From Amoebidium appalachense (Eukaryota; Protista; Ichthyosporea): DNA of 64,000 bases. The notes below the pieces were generated by a model. That model worked only from the letters and a program-made list of their open reading frames with translations, was not told where the DNA came from and searched no databases. Position 1 is the first letter of the stretch; each line of letters starts with the position of its first letter. Below are positions 1 to 35,477 of this stretch, piece after piece. The DNA lies in assembly GCA_963693365.1 (NCBI GenBank), contig CAVNZM010000012.1, positions 2,418,001 to 2,482,000 on the forward strand, written 5' to 3'. The translations under genes were made by a program, and so were the position numbers.

Positions 1-313
1 TTCTCTGTGTGTGAGTTGGACACTGGCCATGTATGGTCTTTGCAGGCAACCGTTTCTCTTCTCTCAGTGCTTTGTCATGATTTGTTGAGTTTATGCTCGT
101 TTGTCCTCACTACAACCTGCTTGCTTAGAGAAGGGAGGAAGGCATGAGAAACAAACCTCGGCGGCGGCATCTGGGGAGGGAAGGTAAAGGGGGGGAAGGG
201 GGGGGGGGGGGGGGGGGAGTGGGGGGTTCTATTGTCAATGCAAAGTTCATATCAATTTTAATTGTAGCATCAACCTTGCCACGATGGTGACAACGAGTGA
301 GTGCTCACACTAG

Positions 314-22358
<22,045 letters not shown>

Positions 22359-22713
22359 TAGTGTGAATATTATGTGGCGTACGTTTAGTTTTATTCGGGT
22401 TAACTGAATAGCATCGTGCACTTTTTTTTTATTAAGAGAAACGTGCTGATGTTTGTCATAAGCTTTTTTGAAGAAAATCTCAGAAATACCGAAATACCGC
22501 CATGGTGTCAAGGGAATGAAGTGGCCATGCAAGAACACGGCAGACCGATATAGTAATAGACGAAAAGGCTATTGTAACGAAGTAGCAAAGACATGCACGT
22601 GTGAAGAAACATGGGTCATAAACGTACACAGGTACCATGCACGATGTCATACACGCACGCACGTCCATAGTCAGGGAGACACATACACACACAGGCACAC
22701 ACACACACACACA

Positions 22714-22779
<66 letters not shown>

Positions 22780-22962
22780 TAAGAAGTGTGTAAATTTTGC
22801 AGTTCGTGATCACCGGACCACTCTGATTATACACCGTGTACGGGATGAACTGTAGATTTCCCAAACCAGTGTCGGCACGAGAGCGCAATAAACATACTCT
22901 CACGGCCTGTCTCTTCTGCTCCTCCCCTGTTCTCTCAGCCAGATATGCCGCAAGATGAAATT

Positions 22963-23021
<59 letters not shown>

Positions 23022-23509
23022 GGAGCATGTACTCTATTAAAGATGCATGTTCTTTGTGTATGCTTTGCAGCATCTGTACAGCGTCGTCCGTTGTGAAGGA
23101 CATGTCCTTCATACTCCGTAACACATTTTCACCCCTCACTCCCCCCCCTCCCCCCCCCCCTCCCCCTTCCTGCCCTGTGCTCATGACGCCTCAATATACC
23201 ATGTCCACTCGTGCTGACTCAACACTAGCTACACGGAGTTGTCACTATCGTGCTTAAACACTCACTTTTCTGATACGGTGTGGAACTATGAAAGTCTTTC
23301 GATACAACTGCAGGAGGGTAGTAGTGTACGTATAATTGGGCAGCACCACGGTATACACGGTACGTCCGGTGAAACCTTTGGGGAGGAGTTGGGGGGGGGC
23401 AGGGGGGGGGGCAGATCAAGCGCAGATGCCTATGGAGGAAGGGGAAATGTGGGCTGAAGATTGATAAACATGGCCTATGTGAGCGTTTCTGTAAGTTTTT
23501 GCGGTACGT

Positions 23510-23876
23510 GTGTGTGTATGTGTGTGTGTGCGCGTGTGAGTGCGCGCGCATGTGTGTGTGTGTGTGTCTCTGTGTGTGTGTGTGTGTGTGTGTGATATCA
23601 TCTGATGTTGGTGGTGGCCACCGTGGCCGGTGGTTGTGGTGGTGGTTTTCATTCGCCGCCGACGGCCGGGAGAGAGAGGGGGGGGGTTGAATGTGCTATA
23701 AAGTACGAAGTACACATAAACAGCAGACAACACCATGCAGAGTGCATGCAAACCACACGTAGAGTATGCATAACCTCAGCAGAGCCCATCCTCAGGGGGG
23801 TCCCCGTTATCCAAAGTACCCGAGTTTCGACCCATTCACCTCGTCAACGAAACCCAACCCAGATACTGTTTCACTG

Positions 23877-23907
<31 letters not shown>

Positions 23908-24346
23908 AGTGCGCGCGCATGTGTGTGTGTGTGTGTGTGTCTGTGTGTGTGTGTGTGTGATATCACCTGATGTTGGTGGTGGCCACCGTGGCCGGTGGTT
24001 GTGGTGGTGGTTTTCATTCGCCGCCGACGGCCGGGAGAGAGAGGGGGGGGGTTGAATGTGCTATAAAGTACGAAGTACACATAAACAGCAGACAACACCA
24101 TGCAGAGTGCATGCAAACCACACGTAGAGTATGCGTAACCTCAGCAGAGCCCATCCTCAGGGGGGTCCCCGTTATCCAAAGTACCCGAGTTTCGACCCAT
24201 TCACCTCGTCAACGAAACCCAACCCAGATACTGTTTCACTGGTGTGTGTGTGTGTGTGTGTGTGTGCGCGTGTGAGTGCGCGCGCATGTGTGTGTGTGTG
24301 TGTGTGATATCACCTGATGTTGGTGGTGGCCACCGTGGCCGGTGGT
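23510..24346. repeat. Tandem duplication (~365-bp unit, about 2.3 copies) containing two copies of the dispersed repeat (23687-23874 and 24052-24240, - strand)
   Basis: The block GATATCA(T/C)CTGATGTTGGTGGTGGCCACCGTGGCCGGTGGTT occurs three times. The TTGAATGTGCTATAAAG...GATACTGTTTCACTGG block occurs twice. Confidence 0.9.
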
Positions 24347-24731
24347 TTGCTGCCTGTTTGTGAGGGTACTTTGTGGGTTGTGTGTGTGTGTGTGTGTGTT
24401 TATGTCACAGTGGGTGGTGGCGGTAGCGGTGGCGGTGATGGTGGTGGTGGTATTGGTGGCGGTGTGTGTGTACATGTGTGAGAGGGGGGGGGGGGGGGGG
24501 GAATGATCGGTCATCGACACGGGCTCAAGGACTTTGGAGTAAGGTATGAGGGGTTTCCTTGTTTATTTAAGGCCTGGGTCGGCACATAAGGAGCTCTAGA
24601 GTTCACATCAAGCGAACTTGAAACTAATCTAACGTACGTTAACTTATATCGTACGTACAATGCTCAAACAAAACGAAGTATGTTGTGGTGTCAACACAGA
24701 GTTTTTGTAATTGGATTGCTTCATGAGTAGA

Positions 24732-24764
<33 letters not shown>

Positions 24765-26418
24765 GGTGTGTGTGTGTGTTGGTGTGTGTGTGTGTGTGTT
24801 TTCGGGTGTGTGTATATGTGTGTGTAGGGAGGAGGGAAGGGGGCCCCAGAGGGCAAAGTCGTAGGGAAGTGGCCGGGAGCGCGCAATTTCCTACGTTGTG
24901 AGCAACATGAATGATAGTGGGAAGTTCTATGAGGAGAAGATGGATGAAATGGTGATGTTAGGCAAGGCCTGGGGGGGTTGTGGAAAGGGAGGGGGGAGAG
25001 AGGCATATGTGTTTTTTTTTTGTTTTTGTTTTTTTTTTGGGGGGGGGGGGGGGGAGGGGGGCAACAATACCAAGCCTATAGCACAAAGCAACATGTAGAG
25101 AAGGGAAGGAGAGGGGGGGGGGGGGGGGGGGGGGGGGGGTTGGATATATATGATATCATGTTCATGAGGGAGGGACAAACATGATAATAGCAAAGACTTC
25201 AAAACCACAAAAAAAGAGGAACCAAACAGAAACGAACCAATTTTGATGCAAAAACATGCACACGGTTGTACAGGATCCATCATCAGAGGGCTTCCTAGGC
25301 CTACACTAGGGTGGGTAGGTGCGTTGGGGGAGGGGGGGTAGAATGCGGAGCAAGGCACGAGTATTAACTACGCGATGAGCATGAATGACGAACATCGTGC
25401 AGCACACAGGACACCCACCGACATGCACCAACAAACATGGAAGTATGTGCCATCGTGCAAAACATAATATGCACCATAAGCAGAACACATCTTCAAAGAC
25501 GGGGGGAGGATGGGGAGGAGGGGGGGCCGGGGATGGAGAAGAAGAGGGGGGGGGGGGGGGAGGCAGGAACGGAAAGGGAATGGGAGGGAAGGGTAAGGAC
25601 ACCATGCACGTGGAAGAGGAGAGAAGTAGATTGGGGGGAGTGGAGAGAGAGGGGGGGGGGGGGGGGGGGGGGGGGGGTAGGAGGAGGGGATTGGGTACGG
25701 CACACAGCACATGCCCAAAATATGAGCACACATTACACAAGCCGGACACATAATTAGTGGCATGCAAACCGAACAAAATGTATAGACATTCAAGACAGCA
25801 GAGGCCAGTCAGGGAAAGGGGGGAGGGTGGGGGGTGGTTTTGGGGGGTGGTTTTGGGGGGCGGGGGGGGGGGCCAAATGCATTGGACTGTTAGACGGTGA
25901 CCAAACGTGGGAAACAAGGGTTTTGAAAAACCATAAACATAAAAACACACACGCGAACCAAATGAGGAATGAGCAGACCCCATCATCAGGGAAATCCTTA
26001 TGCCTTTACAAGAGAACATGTTTCGACTTTCTAACCTCTCGTTCGTTGGTTGCTTTCAGGGGGAAAAGCAAGTCAATCCATCTTGACCAAAGATAAACAG
26101 GGGAAGTTCAAGGAGCAGCAATTTCAAAACATGCTAATGTGATGTAATGCAACACGGTAATGTAATGGGTAATGTATTGTTACAACCAGATGTCAGTATT
26201 CCGGGGGGGGGGGGGGGGGGGGTTGACGAGAAAGCTTTGAGGAGAGGTAGGAGGAGGGAAGAGGATAGGGGCAGGTGTAGAGGGGTGTTTGGGGAGGGGG
26301 GGGGGGGGGGGGGGGGGGGGATTGAATGCGTTATAAAGCATGAGGTACACATTCACAACGGACAACACGATGCAGGGTGCCAACCACTCATAAAGAGTAT
26401 GAAAGCCCATCCTAGGAA

Positions 26419-26456
<38 letters not shown>

Positions 26457-26569
26457 GGGGGGGGTCTTGGCCAAAGGCGAGCAACGTTTCTCAATAATCA
26501 GCAATCCAAAAACCAAGTACAACAACAGGGGGGTATTCACCGTGATGGAGGAGAGGGAGGGGGAGGGAG

Positions 26570-26601
<32 letters not shown>

Positions 26602-27108
26602 AGGGAGGGAGGAGGCATGGGGTGTTGGGTGGAGGTGGGAGGTAACAGGACGGGAGATGTCTATGCGAGAAGTGTTAGCAAAAGACGAGCAGGGTCGCTC
26701 ATGGATCAAAAATCCAAAGACAAGGTAAAGCCATGCCCGCGCGGGGGGAGGGGGGGGAAGGGGGGGGGGGGAGGGGTTGGGGAACAGTTGGGAGGTGGGA
26801 GGGGAAAGACTGTTGAGGGAAGGCAGGGGAGGGGAGAGGGGAGAGGGGAGAGGGGAGGGGGGGGTGGGGGCATGGGGAGTGTTGAGGGAGAGGTAGGAGG
26901 TGGAAGGAAAGGAGTCAAGGTGTGGAGATCGGGGGGGGGGAGGGGGGGGGGAGGGGAGGGGGGAAGGGGAGGGGAAGGGAGGGTCGTTTTTGTATAACCA
27001 ATGCGAGGGTTCTCCTTGCGCCAGCGGGGGGGGGGGGGGGGGGGGGGGGGAGGGGGGAGGAGGGGGGATGGGGGTGGGACCTGAGAGGGAAAGATGTGAG
27101 TGCTTTTT

Positions 27109-27139
<31 letters not shown>

Positions 27140-29281
27140 GGGGGGCAGGACAGCAGGATGGACACACCCGAGATCCATGTCGTGTTTGTTCACGACACTT
27201 GACTGTTGGAGAGGTAGCTGGCACCCGAATATGATCATACTCACATTGCTGGCCGTCTGCCAATCTGCATGTAGAAAGAGAGGCGAAGGTTACGCATGGT
27301 CTGAGAGCTGAAGACTATACGTGGTTTGGGGGGAGGTGCTAGAATAGTTGCTATCTTGTGGGGTAGTTATGTTTTGCAAGGGTGGGGGGCGGGGATAGGG
27401 GGGGGGGGAGGGGGGGGGGAGGAGTGGCTAGCATGCACTTTGCAGACTTCACTAGACTGTGAGGAGCACACAACACACCTCCCCCCCCCCTCCACCCACC
27501 CTCTCCTCCTCCCCCCCCACTCCCCCCCCAAAAAACCCTGCGCCCTCCTTTCCTTCTTCTCTCCTCCCCTTCACCCCGTCTTTCGCCCCTCAGGGATAGG
27601 AGGGGGGGGGGGGGGGGGGGGGATGGGCACAAGTCACTCATTAGCCTGGAAGAGAAGATGGTAAATATGGCTGATGCAAGTTGTCGGCTCTTGCAACATG
27701 AACAACAGGATGAGGTGGAGGGAGCAAAGGAAGGGATAGGGAGGAAAGACAAAGGAAGGGAGGGAGGGTGCTGGGGAGTGGGGGGGTTGTGGAGGATAAG
27801 CAGAAGGTTGAAATATAGGTTCTACTCAAACAGAAGGAAGATCTAGAAGGTGAAGCAGTCAAACCAGTAAACGCGTCAGCATAAGGCTTCAGAAGTGTGA
27901 GTGTTTGACAGCCGTAGCCCTAGTAGAAAAGCAGTGGTGAAAGGGGATCGCGTGGGGTCAATTTAATCTAAGGGATGAGTGGGGGGAGGGGGGAAAGAGT
28001 GGCCGGGGGGGAGGGGGGGGAGGGATGGGGGGGGTGGCGGGAATAGGAGGGGGCTATGTGAGTGCTTATGCATATCTCATTATATGGAAATTTCCAAAGT
28101 TTAGTTTAGTAAGTCAAAGACTCTAGAGACACAGATTATTTAATCAGCTAAAAACGTTGTGCTTGCGGAACAGCTGAAGAAGAACGAATCCCAGGACGTA
28201 TGCGTTTTTCCACGATGATTACAACATGCTGTGCAGTGTATCTGTGTGGGCTGGATCCAGTGTAACAAAAGAAGCATGGAGCATAAAACCAATCATTCAG
28301 AGCACCAGGCCCTGCGAAGCTGCAGTAGAACCACAATCTATGAGCAAAAAAAACACATACACAATAGAGTTTTGTCGTGTCGCCTACCCTTCTGGTGGCT
28401 GGCGTGTCCGGATCTCAGATTCAATCTCATAGATCTCTTCCCCGTCCTTCCTCTTCGAGTCCGTCTTCCTTCACCCTCCTTCCCAACCTCCTTCCCATTT
28501 AGTTCAAGCGCTCTCCCCCTTGCTTGCAGCCAAAAAAAAAAGGGGGGGGGGAAGAACAGAAAAACGGTGTGGTGTAGTGCTGTGTGCGAGGTCCGCTGCT
28601 ATGAAGGGAAGAACGGGCGTTGCTCAGTTTTCAAAGTTTTAAAAAAAAAGGAAACGTGAGTTGGCGACTGCGCTGGTGCAAAAGGTGCTCGATTTTCGGC
28701 GCCTGAGGCTGATTCGCGTTATTTGATTGGCTAATTCAAAAATTACCCATATATAGCTGTTACTCTATAAGGCAAGTTTTTTCATGGAATCTGGAAGCGA
28801 AGACGAAGATTATCGCCGCTTTGCCGCTGTGTGGCACCGCGTACATAAAGGTGTAATGAATATAAATTTGGAATAAGGAATAGAAGTGGTTTATCTAATG
28901 TTTTTCCTTGGTATTTTTGCGTATATTAACACAGCTTTATACATTTTGCCTCGGTGAACGTGCATTAAAGCAGCACGTTGATCTGGTTATGCTGACACTT
29001 CTGATTGGCTCGTGTTTCCGTTACACCTAATTGGACAAAATACCCATCATCGGTGTGGTGATATGCATGCATGATTCTATCAAATACTTCTGTCAACCAG
29101 CACTAGTTAAATTATAAACTTCGGCGACAGTGGCTCATTTATGTTTGTAATTTTCTACAGCTTATCTGAGGTTTCGCCGGGTCCTACTTGCTGAAAAAGG
29201 GTGTGATTGAAGGTATAAAAAGGCGCCTTTTCCCAGTTTCTAGCAGTCAACCACAGCGTGCAGCTCACACAATCCGCAAAC

Positions 29282-30300
29282 ATGGGTCTTATGCAGGAGC
29301 TCAACCTCAAGCCCGGCGTCGTTCTGGGTGAGGATGTCACAAGGGTCTTCCAGCACGCCAAGGTTAGTTGAGCAGGAAGCTGTAGCGTACCGTTTTTCAG
29401 TTAGGATGTCACAAGGGTCTTCCAGCACGCCAAGGTTAGTTGAGCAGGAAGCTGTAGCGTACCGTTTTTCAGTTAGGATAAGGTTCTACCACTCGGCAAA
29501 TCTCTCGGGATCTTCTCAACTTCCTAAAGGACATTCCCATCTTTTCGACTTCATAGGCGACCTTACGTAAATAAGGATGATGGGTCCTCGGTTCGTGTTC
29601 CCAGGATCTCTTTTGTGTTTGGGTGTTAGAGCTTTCATGGTGTGTACCGGTAGACAGTACGTGTAGCAGGACTTCGTTGAGACTGGTTTAACGGTGCAGG
29701 CAGCGTGAAGAGTCAGATAGCAAGTAGGTGTTTGCTGCAAGTATGGGTGGGAAGGCAGGGTGGTGGAAGGGCAACAGACTTGCTGCATACAAGCATGCTG
29801 AGAACCCTGGTCAGTCAGCTAACCCTCTCCTCTTCCCCCCTCCCCCCCACAAATAGGACAACCACTATGCTATCCCTGCCGTTAACTGCACGTCGACCTC
29901 CACCATCAACGCTGCCCTCGAGGCTGCTCGCGATGTGAACTCGCCCATCATCATCCAGTTCTCCCAGGGTGGCGCTGCCTTCATTGCCGGCAAGAGCATC
30001 GACAACAAGGACCAGAAGGCCTCCATCCTCGGTGCCGTGTCTGGTGCCCGCCACGTCCACCTGATGGCCGCCCACTATGGCGTCATTGCCATGGTCCACA
30101 CCGATCACTGCGCCAAGAAGCTGCTCCCCTGGGTGTACGGTGTCATTGAGGAGGGTGAGAAATACTTCGCTGAGCATGGTCGCCCCCTGTTCTCCTCCCA
30201 CATGTTGGACATGTCTGAGGAGCCACATGAGGAGAACGTCGGTGAGGCCAAGAAGATCCTCGAGCGCATCAGCAAGATGGGCATGACCCTCGAGATGGAG

Positions 30301-30332
<32 letters not shown>

Positions 30333-30858
30333 GGACAACAGCCACGTCGACAAGAACAAGCTGTACACCCAGCCGGAGGACATCGACCTCGTCTGGACTA
30401 CCCTGTCCCCTGTTTCCCCCCGGTTCAACGTCGCTGCTGCCTTCGGCAACGTGCACGGTGTGTACAAGCCCGGCAACGTGCAGCTCAAGCCCTCCATCCT
30501 GGGCGACTGCCAGGCCTACCTCAAGAAGCAGCACAACCTCACAGCGGAGAACCCCTGCTTCTTCGTGTTCCACGGCGGCAGCGGCTCTGCCAAGCACGAA
30601 ATCGAGGAGGCTCTCCGCCACGGTGTTGTCAAGTTCAACATTGACACCGACACGCAGTGGGGCTACTGGTCTGGTCTGCTCAACTTCTACAAGGCCAACG
30701 AGGCCTACCTGCAGGGCCAGATTGGTAACCCCAAGGGTGAGGATGCCCCCAACAAGAAGTACTACGACCCCCGGGTGTGGATCCGCAAGTCTGAGGAGGG
30801 CATGATTGCCCGCTTGAAGGAGGCCTTCAGCGACCTTAACTGTGTCAACCGCTCTTAA
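29282..30858 (+). CDS. FBA1: Fructose-1,6-bisphosphate aldolase, class II (yeast FBA1 / E. coli FbaA type), 2 exons
   Basis: Exon 1 is 29282-29362 (MGLMQELNLKPGVVLGEDVTRVFQHAK). Exon 2 is 29857-30858 and carries YAIPAVN, SPIIIQFSQGGAAF, HTDHCAKKLLPW, LFSSHMLDMSEE, LEMEIGITGGEEDG, AFGNVHGVYKPG, FVFHGGSGS, KFNIDTDTQW and PNKKYYDPRVW. Strong GC3 bias. Confidence 0.97.
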
Positions 30859-31433
30859 ACACTCTTTAAGGGATTTGTGTGTAGGGTGATGGATGTGGGG
30901 TGTGAGCAACATGCCACGTGTATTTATATGCGACTGTTGACTGGGTCACATGTCACTAGCTGCCTGACATTAGATAGTACATACAAATAAAAGTTATTCC
31001 GCTACCAGCCAGCCGTTTGAGCCCAAGCAGTTTATTCCCCTCCTTTCTCCCCCTCTCTCCACTCCCTCTAGTTGAGAGTATGATTCGTATCTGTGCTGCG
31101 CCTCCCATCCAACTTTCAAACAACCCGGCCCCTGCCACGCGCTACCCGCCATACGAAGCTCGTGGTGCTACCCACTTGTGTTGCTGCTCCATCGTATCTT
31201 AGATGGGGTATCTCTGTTGCTACATTGTCCCTTCTTTCTCCCCCCCCTATAGTTGAGTATGTCTCGTACCTGTGCTCTACCTCCCATCCTACTTCCATAC
31301 ACACCGGTCACCTGCCACCCTATACACGCCATACTTAGATGTTGGCAGTCCCCCCCCCCCCCCCCCCCCCCCCCCCACACACACACATCGATCCTCTCAG
31401 CCCCCCCCCCACCCCACACACACACACCCATCC

Positions 31434-31650
31434 TCTCAACCCCCCCCCCCACCCCCCATGCTCCTCCTCCTCCTGGGCTCCCCGCATATACTATTAGAAC
31501 AGGAAGAGTTATATGAAGTTTTTCTTTGCCTGTTTAGAGTGAGCTGCATGTACACCTCTCTGAAAGCTCTTTTCGGCCCGGTGCAACCGTTACGGCGGTG
31601 CCGATCCTTCCATACTGTAAAGGCGGAGTTGTCAAATCTATCCTCCCCAA

Positions 31651-31689
<39 letters not shown>

Positions 31690-31958
31690 CTCTTCCCCTC
31701 ACCCTGCCCACCTTCCCCCTGCCACCCGCCTAGAAACAAAAGATGGGTAGTGGCCCCTGCCTTTTTTACATACTAATTGTCCTCGGGTCACATCCCAAGC
31801 ACTTGCTCTCGCCCCCCCCTCCCCCCCCTTCCCCTCTCCCCCCCCCCCCCCCCACACACACACACGCACACACAACCAGCATATACAGTGTCACACATTG
31901 TCAACCTGCCTTAACACACGCCCACACACGGCTGCACATCTGACAGTGTGCAACCCTC

Positions 31959-32021
<63 letters not shown>

Positions 32022-32136
32022 CAAAAAAAAAAAAAAAAAAAAAAAAAGAAAAAAAGAAAAAGAAAAAAACTTAAAACTCACTGGCGTACGGCGGTGCGCT
32101 CCTTCCTCACTGTAGAGGCTGAGTTGTCAAATCTAT

Positions 32137-32167
<31 letters not shown>

Positions 32168-32328
32168 TTCCCTCCCCCTGCCCACCTTCCCCCTGCCACC
32201 CGCCTACAAATAAAAGATAGGTAGCGGCCCCTGCCTTTTTTCCATAGTTGTCCTTGGGTCACACCCCAAGCACTTGCTCCCCCCCCCCCCCCCCCCCCCC
32301 CCTCCCCCCCCCCCCCCAAAAAAAAAAA

Positions 32329-32362
<34 letters not shown>

Positions 32363-32647
32363 GTCACACAAAAAAAAAAATAAAAAAAAATAAAAAACAC
32401 TTGCCAGCGTGTTTTTCGTCAAGTTAGGGTCTCAACCCCCCCCCCCCACCCCCCATGTTCCTCCTCCTCGTGGGCTCCCCGCATATACTATTAGAACAGG
32501 AAGAGTTATATGAAGTTTTTCTTTGCCTGTTTAGAGTGAGCTGCATGTACACCTCTTTGAAAGCTCTTCTCGGCCCGGTGCAACCGTTACGGCGGTGCCG
32601 ATCCTTCCATACTGTAAAGGCGGAGTTGTCAAATCTATCCTCCCCAA

Positions 32648-32680
<33 letters not shown>

Positions 32681-32825
32681 TTCCCCTCACCCTGCCCACC
32701 TTCCCCCTGCTACCCGCCTAGAAACAAAAGATGGGTAGTGGCCCCTGCCTTTTTTTACATACTACTTGTCCTCGGGTCACATCCCAAGCACTTGCTCTCG
32801 CCCCCCCTCCCCCCTTCCCCTCTCC

Positions 32826-32856
<31 letters not shown>

Positions 32857-32976
32857 GCACACACAACCAGCACATAGAGTGTCACACATTGTCAACCTGC
32901 CTTAACACACGCCCACACACGGCTGCACATCTGACAGTGTGCAACCCTTCCCCCCCCCCCCCCCCCCCCAAAAAAA

Positions 32977-33007
<31 letters not shown>

Positions 33008-33297
33008 CACAAAAAAAAAATTAAAAGAAAAGAAAAAAGAAAAAGAAAAAAACTTAAAACTCACTGGCGTACGGCGGTGCGCTCCTTCCTCACTGTAGAG
33101 GCTGAGTTGTCAAATCTATTCTTCCCCCCCCCCCCCCCCCCCCCTTCCCTGCCCCTGCCCACCTTCCCCCTGCCACCCGCCTACAAATAAAAGATAGGTA
33201 GCGGCCCCTGCCTTTTTTCCATAGTTGTCCTTGGGTCACACCCCAAGCACTTGCTCCCCCCCCCCCCCTCCCCCTCCCCCCCCCCCCCCCCCCCAAA

Positions 33298-33365
<68 letters not shown>

Positions 33366-33820
33366 GTCACACAAAAAATAAAATAAAATAAAATAAAAAA
33401 CACTTGCCAGCGTGTTTTTCGTCAAGTTAGGGTCTCAACCCCCCCCCCCACCCCCCATGCTCCTCCTCCTCCTGGGCTCCCCGCATATACTATTAGAACA
33501 GGAAGAGTTATATTAAGTTTTTCTTTGCCTGTTTAGAGTGAGCTGCATGTACACCTCTTTGAAAGCTCTTCTCGGCCCGGTGCAACCGTTACGGCGGTGC
33601 CGATCCTTCCATACTGTAAAGGCGGAGTTGTCAAATCTATCCTCCCCAATCCCCCCCCCCCCCCCCCCCCCCCTCTTCCCCCTCACCCTGCCCACCTTCC
33701 CCCTGCTACCCGCCTAGAAACAAAAGATGGGTAGTGGCCCCTGCCTTTTTTTACATACTACTTGTCCTCGGGTCACATCCCAAGCACTTGCTCTCGCCCC
33801 CCCCTCCCCACCTTCCCCCT

Positions 33821-33876
<56 letters not shown>

Positions 33877-33997
33877 GCACACACAACCAGCACATAGAGT
33901 GTCACACATTGTCAACCTGCCTTAACACACGCCCACACACGGCTGCACATCTGACAGTGTGCAACCCTTCCCCCCCCCCCCCCCCCCCAAAAAAAAA

Positions 33998-34049
<52 letters not shown>

Positions 34050-34334
34050 GAAAAGAAAAAAAGAAAAAGACAAAAAACTTAAAACTCACTGGCGTACGGC
34101 GGTGCGCTCCTTCCTCACTGTAGAGGCTGAGTTGTCAAATCTATTCTTCCCCCCCCCCCCCCCCCCCCCCCCCCCCCTTTCCTGCCCCTGCCCAACTTCC
34201 CCCTGCCACCCGCCTACAAATAAAAGATAGGTAGCGGCCCCTGCCTTTTTTCCATAGTTGTCCTTGGGTCACACCCCAAGCACTTGCTCCACCCCCCCCC
34301 CCCCCCCCCCTCCCCCTCCCCCCCCCCCCCCCCC

Positions 34335-34430
<96 letters not shown>

Positions 34431-34496
34431 GTCACACAAAAAAAAAAAAAAAAAAAAAAAAAACACTTGCCAGCGTGTTTTTCGTCAAGTTAGGGT
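31434..34496. repeat. Higher-order tandem array: three ~1-kb units, each built from two diverged subunits
   Basis: Units at ~31434-32430, 32431-33433 and 33434-34496 each end CTTGCCAGCGTGTTTTTCGTCAAGTTAGGGT. The internal A and B subunits share TACGGCGGTGC..CTGTA.AGGC.GAGTTGTCAAATCTAT and GGGTCACA.CCCAAGCACTTGCTC. Confidence 0.93.
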
Positions 34497-35241
34497 ATAT
34501 GTGGTTTCCTAAGCTGGTCCATGCTCATGGCATATGTATGACGTGCCCTGGCTTCATACGGACAAGAGCCGGCATCAAAAAGGTGCAGATATACATTTGC
34601 CTTGGGTACCTTTGAAATTCACCATGGTGGTTTGGGAACCTGCCCCACAGGGATTTTTGAAGGAATCATGGGGTTGCATTCTTGCTTTGGTTGTGAATTC
34701 AATGTAAAGAGGATAAAAAAGAGAAGGACATAGCCTCGTTCCTACATGCACGTATACAAAACTTACTTAGATCATAAAACAATAACAAAAGCATGTGACC
34801 ATGTGTGCTTCCCTGTATGTGCCAATCCGGTGTGCATGATGGATTCAAAAGATGATGTATCCAATACACGAAACTAGTAATGTTATCTGTAATACATGGC
34901 ATCAAGTTATTATAGTAACGTGTAAAACAAATAACAAGACGTAGTCCTTCGAATGCAACATAACTTCTTTTCAGCTGCAGCACTTCATACTGCGACGAAT
35001 GAAGCTTTTGATAAGAAGAGGAAAAGCTATATGCTTAGTGCGCCCGCGCCCGTGTGTGCGTGTGCAGCATGTGCGTATTGTTGTTGTTGTTGTGTATGTT
35101 CCGGGGTGGGGTGGGGTGAGGGGTGGTAAGTGGGAGGAGCAACAGAAATGACGAATTATGCCATACACATATCAAAAACTCGGTATGCATAGGCCTTCTA
35201 CGTATGTGCCGAACGGCATGAAAGGTGCTTTAAAGGTAGGC

Positions 35242-35441
35242 TCATTCCTTGACGGTGGGCTCCCTGGTGCACGACAAGTCTGACACGGTGGGAAGGTCGA
35301 AGCTGCACGTCTGCATGGCCAAAACGATGTAAGCAACTGTGTCTCCTCCAAGGCTCGCATGGTCCGGGCACATTTTAAAGACCTCATTAGGTGTTATTGA
35401 AGTACGTGTGTTGAACAAACACACCGACCATTTACGTCCCT

Positions 35442-35477
<36 letters not shown>

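Noticed and set aside
25276-25990. Two TGATGA C-box-like motifs on the - strand
   Set aside because: No CTGA D-box or terminal stem at a suitable distance.
29815-30912. 365-aa minus-strand ORF
   Set aside because: Antisense shadow of the codon-biased aldolase exon.
31434-34496. CRISPR-like or 5S rDNA interpretation of the array
   Set aside because: No unique spacers, kilobase-scale units, and only a few bases resemble 5S rRNA.
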